A DNA stretch of 56,020 nucleotides from Promethearchaeota archaeon (lineage in GTDB: Archaea; Asgardarchaeota; Lokiarchaeia; Sigyniarchaeales; SOKP01): contig JBHLOC010000033.1 in NCBI GenBank assembly GCA_048940925.1, positions 1-56,020 of the forward strand. The letters are read 5' to 3'. Position numbers and translations under genes: made by a program. Under the pieces are notes generated by a model. The model saw only the letters and a list, made by a program, of their open reading frames with translations, was not told where the DNA came from and ran no database searches. Of the stretch, positions 38,099 to 47,266 are shown in pieces; position 1 is the stretch's first letter, and the number at the start of each line of letters is the position of its first letter.

Positions 38099-40036
38099 TT
38101 GATTTCTAATTTAATCAAAAGTTATGCAAATATAAAAGTAATTTATAGACATCTAATTTTAACACTTCTTATAGCAATTTCAAGCCTATTCATAGGTTCG
38201 ATGATAAGCTTTATGCTTATTAATTTGTTACCTGGAGATCCTGTAGCAGCTTATCTTGCTGCATTAGGACAACATAACCCTTCCATAAGTCTTTATCAGC
38301 AGACGAAATGCCAACTTGGATACTGTGATCCTTTAATAGTGCAATATTTTCGATATATAGGAAATATATTTACTGGTGATTGGGGTAGTTCTGTCTCAAT
38401 TACTCGAGGAGAACTAGTTTCTGACTTAATTAAAACACGACTCCCTCCAACAATCGAGTTAAGTATATTACCTATGATAATTGGAATAGGATTAGGAATC
38501 GATCTTGGCAGAATATCATCCATAAAAAAAGGTACTTGGTTAGACAGATTTATTCAAATATTCTGTGGTCTTGGTATCTCAATCCCAGTTTTTTTTTTAG
38601 GAATGCTATTACAATACAATCTCGGTTATAAAGAACAATTATTTGAACCAACAGGATATTTGAGTGCTGAGCTTGAATTTCCGCCATTTGAGACAGGATT
38701 CATAATACTAGATGCTATATTGGCTGGGCAATCTAATTTGATTTGGGATTACCTATGGCATCTGGTCTTACCTGGATTTTGTCTATCAATCGCAACGATT
38801 GCAACAATTACATGGCAAACACGTGCTTATATGTTAAGGAAATCACATAAAAAGACAATCGTATCAAATACAATTATAACAGGAATCAATTTTGGGTTCA
38901 TATTAATGTTTATTATATTATTAGAGACTACATTTGGTCTAGCAGGATTTGGTAAACTCTTTGTAGATGCTCTACATTTATATGATTATTTTGTTATAGC
39001 TGCAATTCTAGCTACAATAATAATAATGTTTATTATCATAACTCTAATTTCAAATTTACTCTTTATCCTTTATAATCTCTTAAAATCCAAGTATTTTGAT
39101 AAAAAATCAGAATTTAGAGTTGAGGATAAAAGAAATAAAGAATATAATAGCGTTACAAACAATTCTGAAGATACTTTAAAAGAGTATTTATTACTCAGAT
39201 TAAAATCTCCTTTATTTATCTTAGGTGCAATTTTCGTTAGTATCTTTATTTTTATTTCACTATTTCCAGAAGTAATAGCAACGCAATCTCTGACAGAAGT
39301 GATGCGAGATCATGCCGGTTCATGGGAAACTCCATCCTCAGAACATCCCTTAGGACAAACAGCAAGCGGAGGTGATGTTTTTTCAAGAACCATTTGGGGT
39401 ATAAGTGATGCGATGCTTTTTGGATTTCTAGTTGTACTTATAGGTTTGATTGGAGGAATTATATTCGGATTTTTCGCTGGTAAATATAATCGCTGGGGAT
39501 ATAAGATTATTATGGGATTTATGTTATTTTTCTATATTTTCCCAGGATTGGTCCTTGTGTTATTATTTCTTGATATTTTTGGACCATATATTATAATTGC
39601 ATTACCCATTATTGGAATATTATTAATTCCTAACTTCACAAGAGCAATTGCTAATACTATGTCGGGAGAGATTGATATCAATAGAATAGTAAAAACAATT
39701 ATTAGGCAGATTCCATTAAATTTTGCAATTGCTATTTTACTCTATTCATCAGTTGGCTTTTTAGGATTTTTTAAAGGAACAATAGTCTCATTAGGTAATG
39801 ATATAAATAGAGCTAGAGAGAATCCATATGAAGCACCTTGGGCTAGTCTATGGCCAGGACTAACAATTTTTGGGATAGCATTCAGTCTTATTATTTTCCA
39901 TATAGGACTGCAAGATTATGATTTGAGAGCTAAGGAATTAAGGAAGAAAATATTGAGAAAAAAATTTGAAATTTTTAAAAAAAAGGGAAAACAAATTTTA
40001 AGAAAAATAAAAAGAAGCCAATTAAAAATAAGTTAA
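38099..40036 (+). CDS. DppB-DppC permease fusion lacking EAA coupling loops
   Basis: LLPGDP, QYFRY....TGDWGSS, HLVLP (DppB); HPLGQT..G.DV.SR..WG, PW..LWPG (DppC); EAA segments absent. Confidence 0.8.
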   Translation: MISNLIKSYANIKVIYRHLILTLLIAISSLFIGSMISFMLINLLPGDPVAAYLAALGQHNPSISLYQQTKCQLGYCDPLIVQYFRYIGNIFTGDWGSSVSITRGELVSDLIKTRLPPTIELSILPMIIGIGLGIDLGRISSIKKGTWLDRFIQIFCGLGISIPVFFLGMLLQYNLGYKEQLFEPTGYLSAELEFPPFETGFIILDAILAGQSNLIWDYLWHLVLPGFCLSIATIATITWQTRAYMLRKSHKKTIVSNTIITGINFGFILMFIILLETTFGLAGFGKLFVDALHLYDYFVIAAILATIIIMFIIITLISNLLFILYNLLKSKYFDKKSEFRVEDKRNKEYNSVTNNSEDTLKEYLLLRLKSPLFILGAIFVSIFIFISLFPEVIATQSLTEVMRDHAGSWETPSSEHPLGQTASGGDVFSRTIWGISDAMLFGFLVVLIGLIGGIIFGFFAGKYNRWGYKIIMGFMLFFYIFPGLVLVLLFLDIFGPYIIIALPIIGILLIPNFTRAIANTMSGEIDINRIVKTIIRQIPLNFAIAILLYSSVGFLGFFKGTIVSLGNDINRARENPYEAPWASLWPGLTIFGIAFSLIIFHIGLQDYDLRAKELRKKILRKKFEIFKKKGKQILRKIKRSQLKIS

Positions 40037-40165
40037 TAAAACAACTATTAAAGAATTAAGATTTGTATCATCAAAAAAAATTTTCGATATGTAATCTCTT
40101 AAAATGTATTTTAATACATATTTGACGAGATTGAAACAGAAAAGAAATTATATAAGATAGATTAT

Positions 40166-41506
40166 ATGACAGAAGACAAATTCTATAAAAAAGGTATTTA
40201 TTTCTATAATAAGAAGAAGTACAGGACAGCATCAAGAAATTTTGAAAAAGCCATTCAAAGCAAACCTGAATTTGAAAAAGCTTGGCTTTACAAAGGCAAA
40301 TCGCTTTATGCCCTTGAAAATTATGGAGAAGCAAAAGTATGCATAGATAGGGCTATAGAATTAAATCCCACATCAGTGGATTCATTACTCTTTAAAGTTG
40401 AATTATCTCTTAAAATTGGTACTTATGAAGAAGCATTAAAATATTGTAATGAAGCCCTAAAAATTCATCCTAATAAATATTGGCTTCAAATGGCCTACAT
40501 TCACGAACGTTTTAAGAATTTTAAAGAAGCCCTAGAATGTATTGAGAAGGCTCTGACTTATAATCCAAATAGTAAAAAACTATTGAGATTAAAATTGGTC
40601 ATGCTCAATGGTTTAGAATATGGAGACAATTATTATATACCAGTAGCAAGATCTTCATTACTTAAGATAATTCCCCCAGAAGATGAGATTATTTATAGCA
40701 CAAATCTTTGTATAACTTGGAAGATTAGACCAGAAGATCAAGAAAGGGCATCTGCTTTAACAGTTCTTAGTGCTTTAATACATCCTTTATTGGCTTCGAT
40801 GGAAATGATTATTCATATTGAGCAAGATAAAGGAACCTTTTTTACAGATGCTTTAATAACTTATGAAGGTTTGGCTTTGCTTATGCCCTCTATTTTTACA
40901 AACGAACCTGATTGGAAGCCAAAACCTCCAAGCTTTAAATATTTACACTGGAATAAGGTATCATTGTCAAGTGGAGGCGAGATGACACTAGGTAGTGTCT
41001 TAAGATGCAACTTAAATCCTATATGGTATTATGAGCCAAGAGAAATATTTGAAAGGAGGAAAAAATTTTTTTACTCTTATATTACAAAGAGAAGATATTA
41101 TTACACAAAAAATTGTTTAGAGAATGCTAAATCATGTACTCAGCGTGAAGAAAATGAGAAAGCAATGCAATGGATTAAAAAGGGATATAGAAGTAATGTG
41201 TATCATCACAAACTTGATTTGAACGATGAATTGATAGCAATTGAAGGCTCAATACACAGGAAAAAAAGATTCGACAAAAAGAAAATGGTTGAAGAGATTG
41301 ATGTCATTTTGACTAATTATTTAAAAAAAAATGAGGGTAAAGCATTTACATCTCATAGTTTATTAGAGAAATTAGACAATGTTATTGAAAATTCTGAAAT
41401 ATTGGAACATTTACAAGATAATATCGAGGGTATATTAAATAGGCTATTATTCAATGGGAAAATTCATTCTAATCGACATGAAGGAAAGGTGTATTATTTC
41501 TTGTAA
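40166..41506 (+). CDS. TPR repeat - PH-like - TPR - wHTH protein (copy A)
   Basis: About 4 N-terminal TPRs; IIPPEDEIIYS...TDALIT.EG..L...YL.W.KV (PH-like); C-terminal GKAFT...ILNRL..NGKI.S....GKVYY wHTH. Confidence 0.7.
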   Translation: MTEDKFYKKGIYFYNKKKYRTASRNFEKAIQSKPEFEKAWLYKGKSLYALENYGEAKVCIDRAIELNPTSVDSLLFKVELSLKIGTYEEALKYCNEALKIHPNKYWLQMAYIHERFKNFKEALECIEKALTYNPNSKKLLRLKLVMLNGLEYGDNYYIPVARSSLLKIIPPEDEIIYSTNLCITWKIRPEDQERASALTVLSALIHPLLASMEMIIHIEQDKGTFFTDALITYEGLALLMPSIFTNEPDWKPKPPSFKYLHWNKVSLSSGGEMTLGSVLRCNLNPIWYYEPREIFERRKKFFYSYITKRRYYYTKNCLENAKSCTQREENEKAMQWIKKGYRSNVYHHKLDLNDELIAIEGSIHRKKRFDKKKMVEEIDVILTNYLKKNEGKAFTSHSLLEKLDNVIENSEILEHLQDNIEGILNRLLFNGKIHSNRHEGKVYYFL

Positions 41507-41616
41507 CACACTAATAAACTTAATATAGAAAGTTGTTAGAACTATAAATATAAAAAATCTCAATTTTTAATGAAAGAAATCATAGTATTGTTCGGAATGA
41601 TTGATTTTCTGCGAAA

Positions 41617-42072
41617 TCATGAATGATATGAAAAAAGAAAAGCAAAATTATAGTTTTTTACCACTAGTATTCCATCATCTCTTGAAACTTCTCTATACTC
41701 TTTTAAATCTAATTTGGATCTAATTAATACTATTGGAATATCTCCAGCATTTTCTCTGATTATCTCTATCCATTCGGAGACGTGGTTCAATGAGGATTGA
41801 TCAGTAATATCATACAAAAAAAAAGCACCATTAGCACCTTTACAATATTGGGGTAGTAGGAGCCTAAATCTTTCTTCTCCTCCAACATCCCATAATCGTA
41901 ATTTACATCGCTTGTTGTCTAATTCGACCATTTTAACATGAAAATCAACACCTACAGTCAATCTTTCACTTGGATTGAAAATGTTATAACAATAACGTTT
42001 TAGGAAAGCGATCTTTATTGCGCTACCATTACCAAGTAGGATTGTTTTGAATGAGTAAACAGGTAGAGTCAT
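41617..42072 (-). pseudogene. 3'-truncated Rab-like GTPase
   Basis: Close paralogue of the 35648 G-domain (CYNIFN.SERLT.GVDFHVK, WDVGGEERF) but stops before G5 and the last helix; no frameshifted continuation seen. Confidence 0.7.
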
Positions 42073-42179
42073 TTTATCAATAAAGCCTTCATATTTACTT
42101 TTTTTTTTTATAAATCTTTAATTACTTATTGTAAGTCTCTCAATCCCAAATAAAAATTAAAAATATATCAAAATAAATT

Positions 42180-42193
42180 TCACATTTCTGTCA
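42180..42193 (-). promoter_or_regulatory. TGACA-N4-TGTGA box abutting TATA-like element
   Basis: Identical 14-mer to 37030-37043, within a homologous upstream region. Confidence 0.55.
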
Positions 42194-42481
42194 GTTTTTC
42201 ATGCGATAAAAATGAATTTAGTCATAGTATAGTAATCTACCTTCATGTTAAGTTATTGTGAAGGATTTAAGCAGTCTACTGTGCTTTAGGAAAGTCAATC
42301 AATTGGCATCTTTGATCTCCATATTATTAGGCATATTAATGCTTCTTCTTATTTTTTTAGATATAATTTCTAATTTATTTCTTATATAAATGTTAAATAT
42401 TTTAGTAGTATTATTAATAGTACATTTCGATACATATTTGGCGAGATTGAAACAGAAAAGAACTAATATCAGAAAGATTAT

Positions 42482-43786
42482 ATGACCGAAGACAAATTCT
42501 ATGCAAAAGGTGTTAATTTCTATAATAAGCAGAAGTATAGGGCAGCATCAAGAAATTTTGAAAAGGTCATTCAAAGCAACCCCGAATTTGAAATGGCATG
42601 GCTTTACAAAAGTAAATCGCTTTATGCTCTTGAAAAGTATGAAGAAGCAAAACTATACATAGATAGAGCCATAGAATTAAATCCCACATCAGTGGATTCA
42701 TTACTCTTTAAAGTTGAATTATCTCTTAAATTTGGTTCTTATGAAGAAGCATTAAAATATTGTAATGAAGCCCTAAAAATTCATCCTAATAAATATTGGC
42801 TCCAAATGGCCTATGTTCACGAACGTTTCAAGAATTTTAAAAAAGCCCTAGAAATTATTGAGAAAGCTTTGACTTATAATCCAAATAGTAAAAAGCTCTT
42901 AAGAATAAAATCGGTTATTCAAAATGGATTGGAATATGGAAATAATTATTATATACCAGTAGCAAGCTCTTCATTACTTAAGTTAATTCCCCCAGAAGAT
43001 GAGATAATTTATAGCACAAATTTGCGTTTAACTTGGGAGGTGGGAACGGAGCTCAGCTTTACTCGCGCTGGAGCTGGGTTATTAGAACCTCATTCGTCGG
43101 ACTCCATTTTTATTGGGCACACTGTGACATTTTTTACAGATGCTCTAATAACTCATGAAGGTTTGGCTTTGCTTATGCCTTCTATAGCTACAAATGAACC
43201 TCCTAGCTTTAAATATTTACCTTGGTCTAAAGTATCATTGTCAAGAAAAGGTAAGATGATACTAAGTAATGGTATAACATGTGCATTAAATCCTCTATGG
43301 TATTATGAACCAAAAGAGATATTTGAAGAACGGTTGAAATTTTTTTACCCTTTTATAATAAATAGAAGATACAATTACACAAAGGAATGCTTAGAGAAAG
43401 CTAAATCATTTGCAGAGCTTGAAGAGAATGAAAAGGCAATACAATGGATTAAAAAAGGATATAAAAGTAATGTATTCAGTCCTAGATTTGATTTGAAAGA
43501 TAAATTAATGACCATTGAGGGCTCAATACACACGAAAATAAGAGTCGACGAAAAGAAAATGATTGAGGAACTTGATGTCATGTTAATTAATTTTTTAAAA
43601 ATTAATGCGGGAAAAGCATTTGCATCTCATAGTTTACTAGAAAGATTAGAGAAAGTTATCGAAAATTCTGAAATGTTGGAATACTTACAAAATAATATCG
43701 AGGGTATCCTAAACAAACTCTTATTCAATGGGAAAATTCAATCTAATCAACATGAAGGAGAACTGTATTATTTCTTGGAGTTATAG
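42482..43786 (+). CDS. TPR repeat - PH-like - TPR - wHTH protein (copy B)
   Basis: Close paralogue of 40166-41506, including about 60 bp upstream; unrelated central insert. Confidence 0.7.
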   Translation: MTEDKFYAKGVNFYNKQKYRAASRNFEKVIQSNPEFEMAWLYKSKSLYALEKYEEAKLYIDRAIELNPTSVDSLLFKVELSLKFGSYEEALKYCNEALKIHPNKYWLQMAYVHERFKNFKKALEIIEKALTYNPNSKKLLRIKSVIQNGLEYGNNYYIPVASSSLLKLIPPEDEIIYSTNLRLTWEVGTELSFTRAGAGLLEPHSSDSIFIGHTVTFFTDALITHEGLALLMPSIATNEPPSFKYLPWSKVSLSRKGKMILSNGITCALNPLWYYEPKEIFEERLKFFYPFIINRRYNYTKECLEKAKSFAELEENEKAIQWIKKGYKSNVFSPRFDLKDKLMTIEGSIHTKIRVDEKKMIEELDVMLINFLKINAGKAFASHSLLERLEKVIENSEMLEYLQNNIEGILNKLLFNGKIQSNQHEGELYYFLEL

Positions 43787-43829
43787 TTATATTTTATTTT
43801 AATCAAAATCAATAACTACTATGTTGAGA

Positions 43830-44630
43830 TTATATAGAAACGCTAATTCCTGATCTAGCAAGCATTAGTCTTGTTAACGCTTCGAAAGTTTCTTCTACAT
43901 TCGCACCTGTTCTTGGATTACACTCCGCAAAACCATCTACACCTCTTGATTTCGCTATTTTAATTCCTACTTCTCCTGAGATTAGCCTTTCTTCTTCTAA
44001 TTCTGGTATTATTCCTACAACTATAATTGGGAATGCATCTTGCTCTGATTTCATTTCTTTTCTAACAACAAATAACCAATCATCGATGTGTATTAAGGAG
44101 CTATACTTTGCAGCATCATAAATGAATATGGCTCCATTTGCGCCCCGAACATAAGTAGATAATAAAAATCTAAATCTTTCTTCTCCACCAAAATCCCAAA
44201 CTTGTAATTTTATCCTTTTATCATCAACGTCAAGACTCTTAACTTCAAAATCGATGCCTATTCTCATTTTAGAATCTGATCTAAACAAATTAGTTAAAAA
44301 TCTGTGAGTTAAATTAGTTCTTTCTACTCCGGGGTCACCGAACAGTATAACTTTATATGTTGCATCATAGTGTCCCCAATAATGTGACCTATAGATCAAT
44401 TTTTTAGCATCAGGAACTACTTCTTGTTTAGGTAAATAATGTGATCTATAGATCAATTTTTTTGCAGGAGGAACAATTTCTTTTTTAGGATATTTTCTTT
44501 TAATAACTTTAATACTAACACAGATATCCTCATAAAAACTTTTAAGTGAGTTATATAAATGCTCATAAATAAACTCTGCTGGAATGTATCTTAACTTTCT
44601 CTTTTTCCTCCGCTTTTTTAATAACCCCAT
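43830..44630 (-). CDS. Rab-like GTPase with polybasic N-terminal extension and broken P-loop
   Basis: MGLLKKRRKKRK; tandem V.P.AKKLIYRSHY repeat; GDPGVERT, IGIDF, VWDFGGEERF, G4 GIIPE. Confidence 0.85.
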   Translation of the reverse strand: MGLLKKRRKKRKLRYIPAEFIYEHLYNSLKSFYEDICVSIKVIKRKYPKKEIVPPAKKLIYRSHYLPKQEVVPDAKKLIYRSHYWGHYDATYKVILFGDPGVERTNLTHRFLTNLFRSDSKMRIGIDFEVKSLDVDDKRIKLQVWDFGGEERFRFLLSTYVRGANGAIFIYDAAKYSSLIHIDDWLFVVRKEMKSEQDAFPIIVVGIIPELEEERLISGEVGIKIAKSRGVDGFAECNPRTGANVEETFEALTRLMLARSGISVSI

Positions 44631-44737
44631 TTCTATGCTAAAATTCTCCGCTTATAAGTTCTAAAATTAAATATGTTCGTAGCAGGATTCTATTCCTTTT
44701 CCTTCTAGTTATATTATGTACTTCAAAAATATAAGTC

Positions 44738-44751
44738 TTACATTATCGTCA
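44738..44751 (-). promoter_or_regulatory. TGACG-N4-TGTAA box abutting TATA
   Basis: Minus strand TGACGATAATGTAA-GAC-TTATAT, upstream of the 43830-44630 GTPase. Confidence 0.5.
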
Positions 44752-44982
44752 TTATTATTTCTATTTATAAGAAAAAATAAAGTCTCTATATCTAAAGATT
44801 TGAATTCTTCTAATTCTGCTTCTAAATCTTTTTCTGACGCTTTTTCATGACTTAAATGAATTTACATTGAATGATAATATTTCTGCCATTTTGTTTAATT
44901 AGCAGCTTCTCTAATTTTAAAATTTAGTTGTTTTATTTATAATATCTATATATAGAGTAGAAGGATTTGCATCTATTTCATT

Positions 44983-45771
44983 TTAAATTTTCCTATATCT
45001 TTTCATTCTTTTTCGTCTTACTTTTTTTATATTTTTACCCCAAATGTATTCCTTCTGTAATCTATGGGCATATTGTTCAATAAGAGATATAATTCCATAG
45101 GCAGTACGTTGACGAAAATCTAACTTATTATGAAATCCAAAAGTAGAAAGAAAGCCATTTTTTCCATAGAAGTTCATAATGTAAACAGTCTTACTAACTA
45201 GATTTACCAGAGATTTTCCATATCGTTTCCTATCGCTCCAATATTTAGATTTATATATTTGAACTGTTACAACCCCAGACCATTGAATTTGAAAAATTGG
45301 TTTATCTGGAATCTTTATTTTAATTGATTGGTCAGATATAGTAAATGTTCTTGGCTTATCTGCTCCTCTATAATTTTTTAAAATTAGAAAAGTAATACAA
45401 AGCATCATTAGAATGATAAAAATAAAGAAAAGACCCAATATCGTTGTCACAATAGTTACTGCTAACGTGTCTTCACCAGAAGAAGGATTAGAGTTCATAA
45501 GACCAAAATAACCTACTCCAAATAATACTGCTAATAGTGTAAAGCATGACAACGAACCTCCTAGATGTCTATATTTAGATCCTGTAAGCGTTTCAGTTAT
45601 TTCCTGCTTATTCGTCTCTGAAGTAGCGGAGATTGGTTTCACATCTGCTGTTTTAGATTCGACCCTTTCTATTGTAGCTCCACAGAAAAGACAATAATTG
45701 CTTTCCTTCTTATTTACTTGATGACATGAAGGACAAATTTTTTTGTCTTCTAATTCACTTTCCATTTTCAA
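44983..45771 (-). CDS. Zinc-ribbon, two-TM, PH-like domain membrane protein
   Basis: CPSC..N....NYC.FCG; two TMs; FTISDQSIKI....QIQWSGV (bPH-like). Confidence 0.65.
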   Translation of the reverse strand: MKMESELEDKKICPSCHQVNKKESNYCLFCGATIERVESKTADVKPISATSETNKQEITETLTGSKYRHLGGSLSCFTLLAVLFGVGYFGLMNSNPSSGEDTLAVTIVTTILGLFFIFIILMMLCITFLILKNYRGADKPRTFTISDQSIKIKIPDKPIFQIQWSGVVTVQIYKSKYWSDRKRYGKSLVNLVSKTVYIMNFYGKNGFLSTFGFHNKLDFRQRTAYGIISLIEQYAHRLQKEYIWGKNIKKVRRKRMKRYRKI

Positions 45772-46042
45772 TCCACCTAAAATTACTATTTATTGAATCT
45801 TAATTGAATATTCAATTTAATCAGTTTATACATTAAATTTCTTAACGTGTAGTATTAAGAATATAGATCTATATAAATCTTATGCACTCCGAGACAATCA
45901 CAGAAAGTCTCAATCTAAATTATTTTGTATAAGTTTCTGTAGAAAATATCCGACACCTAAATAACTTATTTCTATAGAACTTTCCTTATTATCTTCAGGA
46001 TTAAGATAAAGATTAAGCACAGAAACTACTTACTTTTTTTCT

Positions 46043-46996
46043 CTATATAACTTTCTTTCTGCATACATGACAGATTGATTGCCCTTTTGGGAGTTCGGCT
46101 CCACAATATTTACAATAAAATTCTTCCTCTGGAACCTTTTCTGTTGGGGGGTGTTTTGCTATTGGCTCCCCTACTATTCCTAGATCTTCAGGTAGAGTAG
46201 GTGGTTTAAAAATGTAAGGAAATGGAAAATTTTCATCTTCATCACCGGTGATTTTTTTCATTTTTATAACATTACCGATAACGTTAGTTAAAATGCCGTT
46301 ATACCAAAGATATAATGTAACTGATCTTTTAAAAATTGGAAGTCCATCATCCTGAGAGATTTCTAATAGCTCAGCACTGAATATTTCCGGAAGATATTGT
46401 CTCTCAATTGTTAATTCATTAACGGATTCTTTTTCCATCGCACTTTCGATTTTATTTATTGCTGATTCCATAGATTGTTCGAATTTTCTATTTATCTCTA
46501 AAAATTCTGAGAGTAATGCTTTTCTAAAGATTTTAATGTATAGTTCATCTAACCATGTTTTTATCAGAGCTTCATTCTTTATTACGGTATCTTTATCATT
46601 TTCATGATAATTTAAATCTTTTATATAAAAAGCAGTGAATATTTCTTTATTGGATTGTAATCGCTCGGAAAATTCTTTACATAAATTTGATATTTTTTCT
46701 TCTATTTCTGGAGATAAGTGCTGATCAACAATTGTAGAAACCATTAGCATTTCCTTATTCCCACGAGCCCAATCGGAATGAATCTCAAAATAATAATTCA
46801 AGGATCTTAAATTTTCGAAAGATTGTGTCAAAAATTCTTCCTTCTTCGGTTGATTCATAAGATCAAATATTCTATCTGCTACTTCTTTATCCACCTGAGA
46901 TTTTGGAAATGAATAAAATATTGATGGACCAATTTTAGGATGAAACCATGACAAAGCCACGATTGTCTTCAATAACTGAGGTGTGGTGGGTTCCAT
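46043..46996 (-). CDS. uDENN/longin (NPRL2/FLCN-like) domain + FPFPYIFKPP motif + zinc ribbon
   Basis: VALSWFHPKIGPSIFYSFP...FEIHSDWARGNKEMLMVS; DEDENFPFPYIFKPP; CKYC..CHVC. Confidence 0.72.
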   Translation of the reverse strand: MEPTTPQLLKTIVALSWFHPKIGPSIFYSFPKSQVDKEVADRIFDLMNQPKKEEFLTQSFENLRSLNYYFEIHSDWARGNKEMLMVSTIVDQHLSPEIEEKISNLCKEFSERLQSNKEIFTAFYIKDLNYHENDKDTVIKNEALIKTWLDELYIKIFRKALLSEFLEINRKFEQSMESAINKIESAMEKESVNELTIERQYLPEIFSAELLEISQDDGLPIFKRSVTLYLWYNGILTNVIGNVIKMKKITGDEDENFPFPYIFKPPTLPEDLGIVGEPIAKHPPTEKVPEEEFYCKYCGAELPKGQSICHVCRKKVI

Positions 46997-47061
46997 AGAA
47001 CTCGAAATTCGTATTATTTAGTTTTTTTTTATATTATTAACCTTTCTTTATCCTTCATTTA

Positions 47062-47172
47062 TCATTCAATATATTCATGTTCAAGCATTTTTTTAGTGAG
47101 TAATTCGAAGACTTGTACCCCATTAGGTCCAACTTGAGAGGTTATTTCTGTAAATTTGTACTTTTCATTCAT
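47062..47172 (-). pseudogene. C-terminal remnant of a Rab-like GTPase (G5 and last helix)
   Basis: KYKFTEITSQVGPNGVQVFELLTKKML resembles AFAEICPETGQNVDRVFEVL and similar C-termini; a GTPase-type box lies upstream at 47253-47266. Confidence 0.45.
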
Positions 47173-47252
47173 TTCTATTAATAGATTGAGATAACATTCA
47201 TTTTTTCATTGATTTTTATCGCTCTTGAGAAGATTAAGTTAAAGAGGATATT

Positions 47253-47266
47253 TAACCTTATTGTCA
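47253..47266 (-). promoter_or_regulatory. TGACA-N4-GGTTA box upstream of Rab remnant/uDENN gene
   Basis: Minus strand TGACAATAAGGTTA-AATA. Confidence 0.4.

Noticed and set aside
40166-43786. Diversity-generating retroelement (TR/VR pair) behind the near-duplicate genes
   Set aside because: No reverse transcriptase in the window. Differences between copies involve all bases and indels rather than adenine-specific changes. The same applies to the 24.4/25.4 kb and 30.6/46.8 kb pairs.
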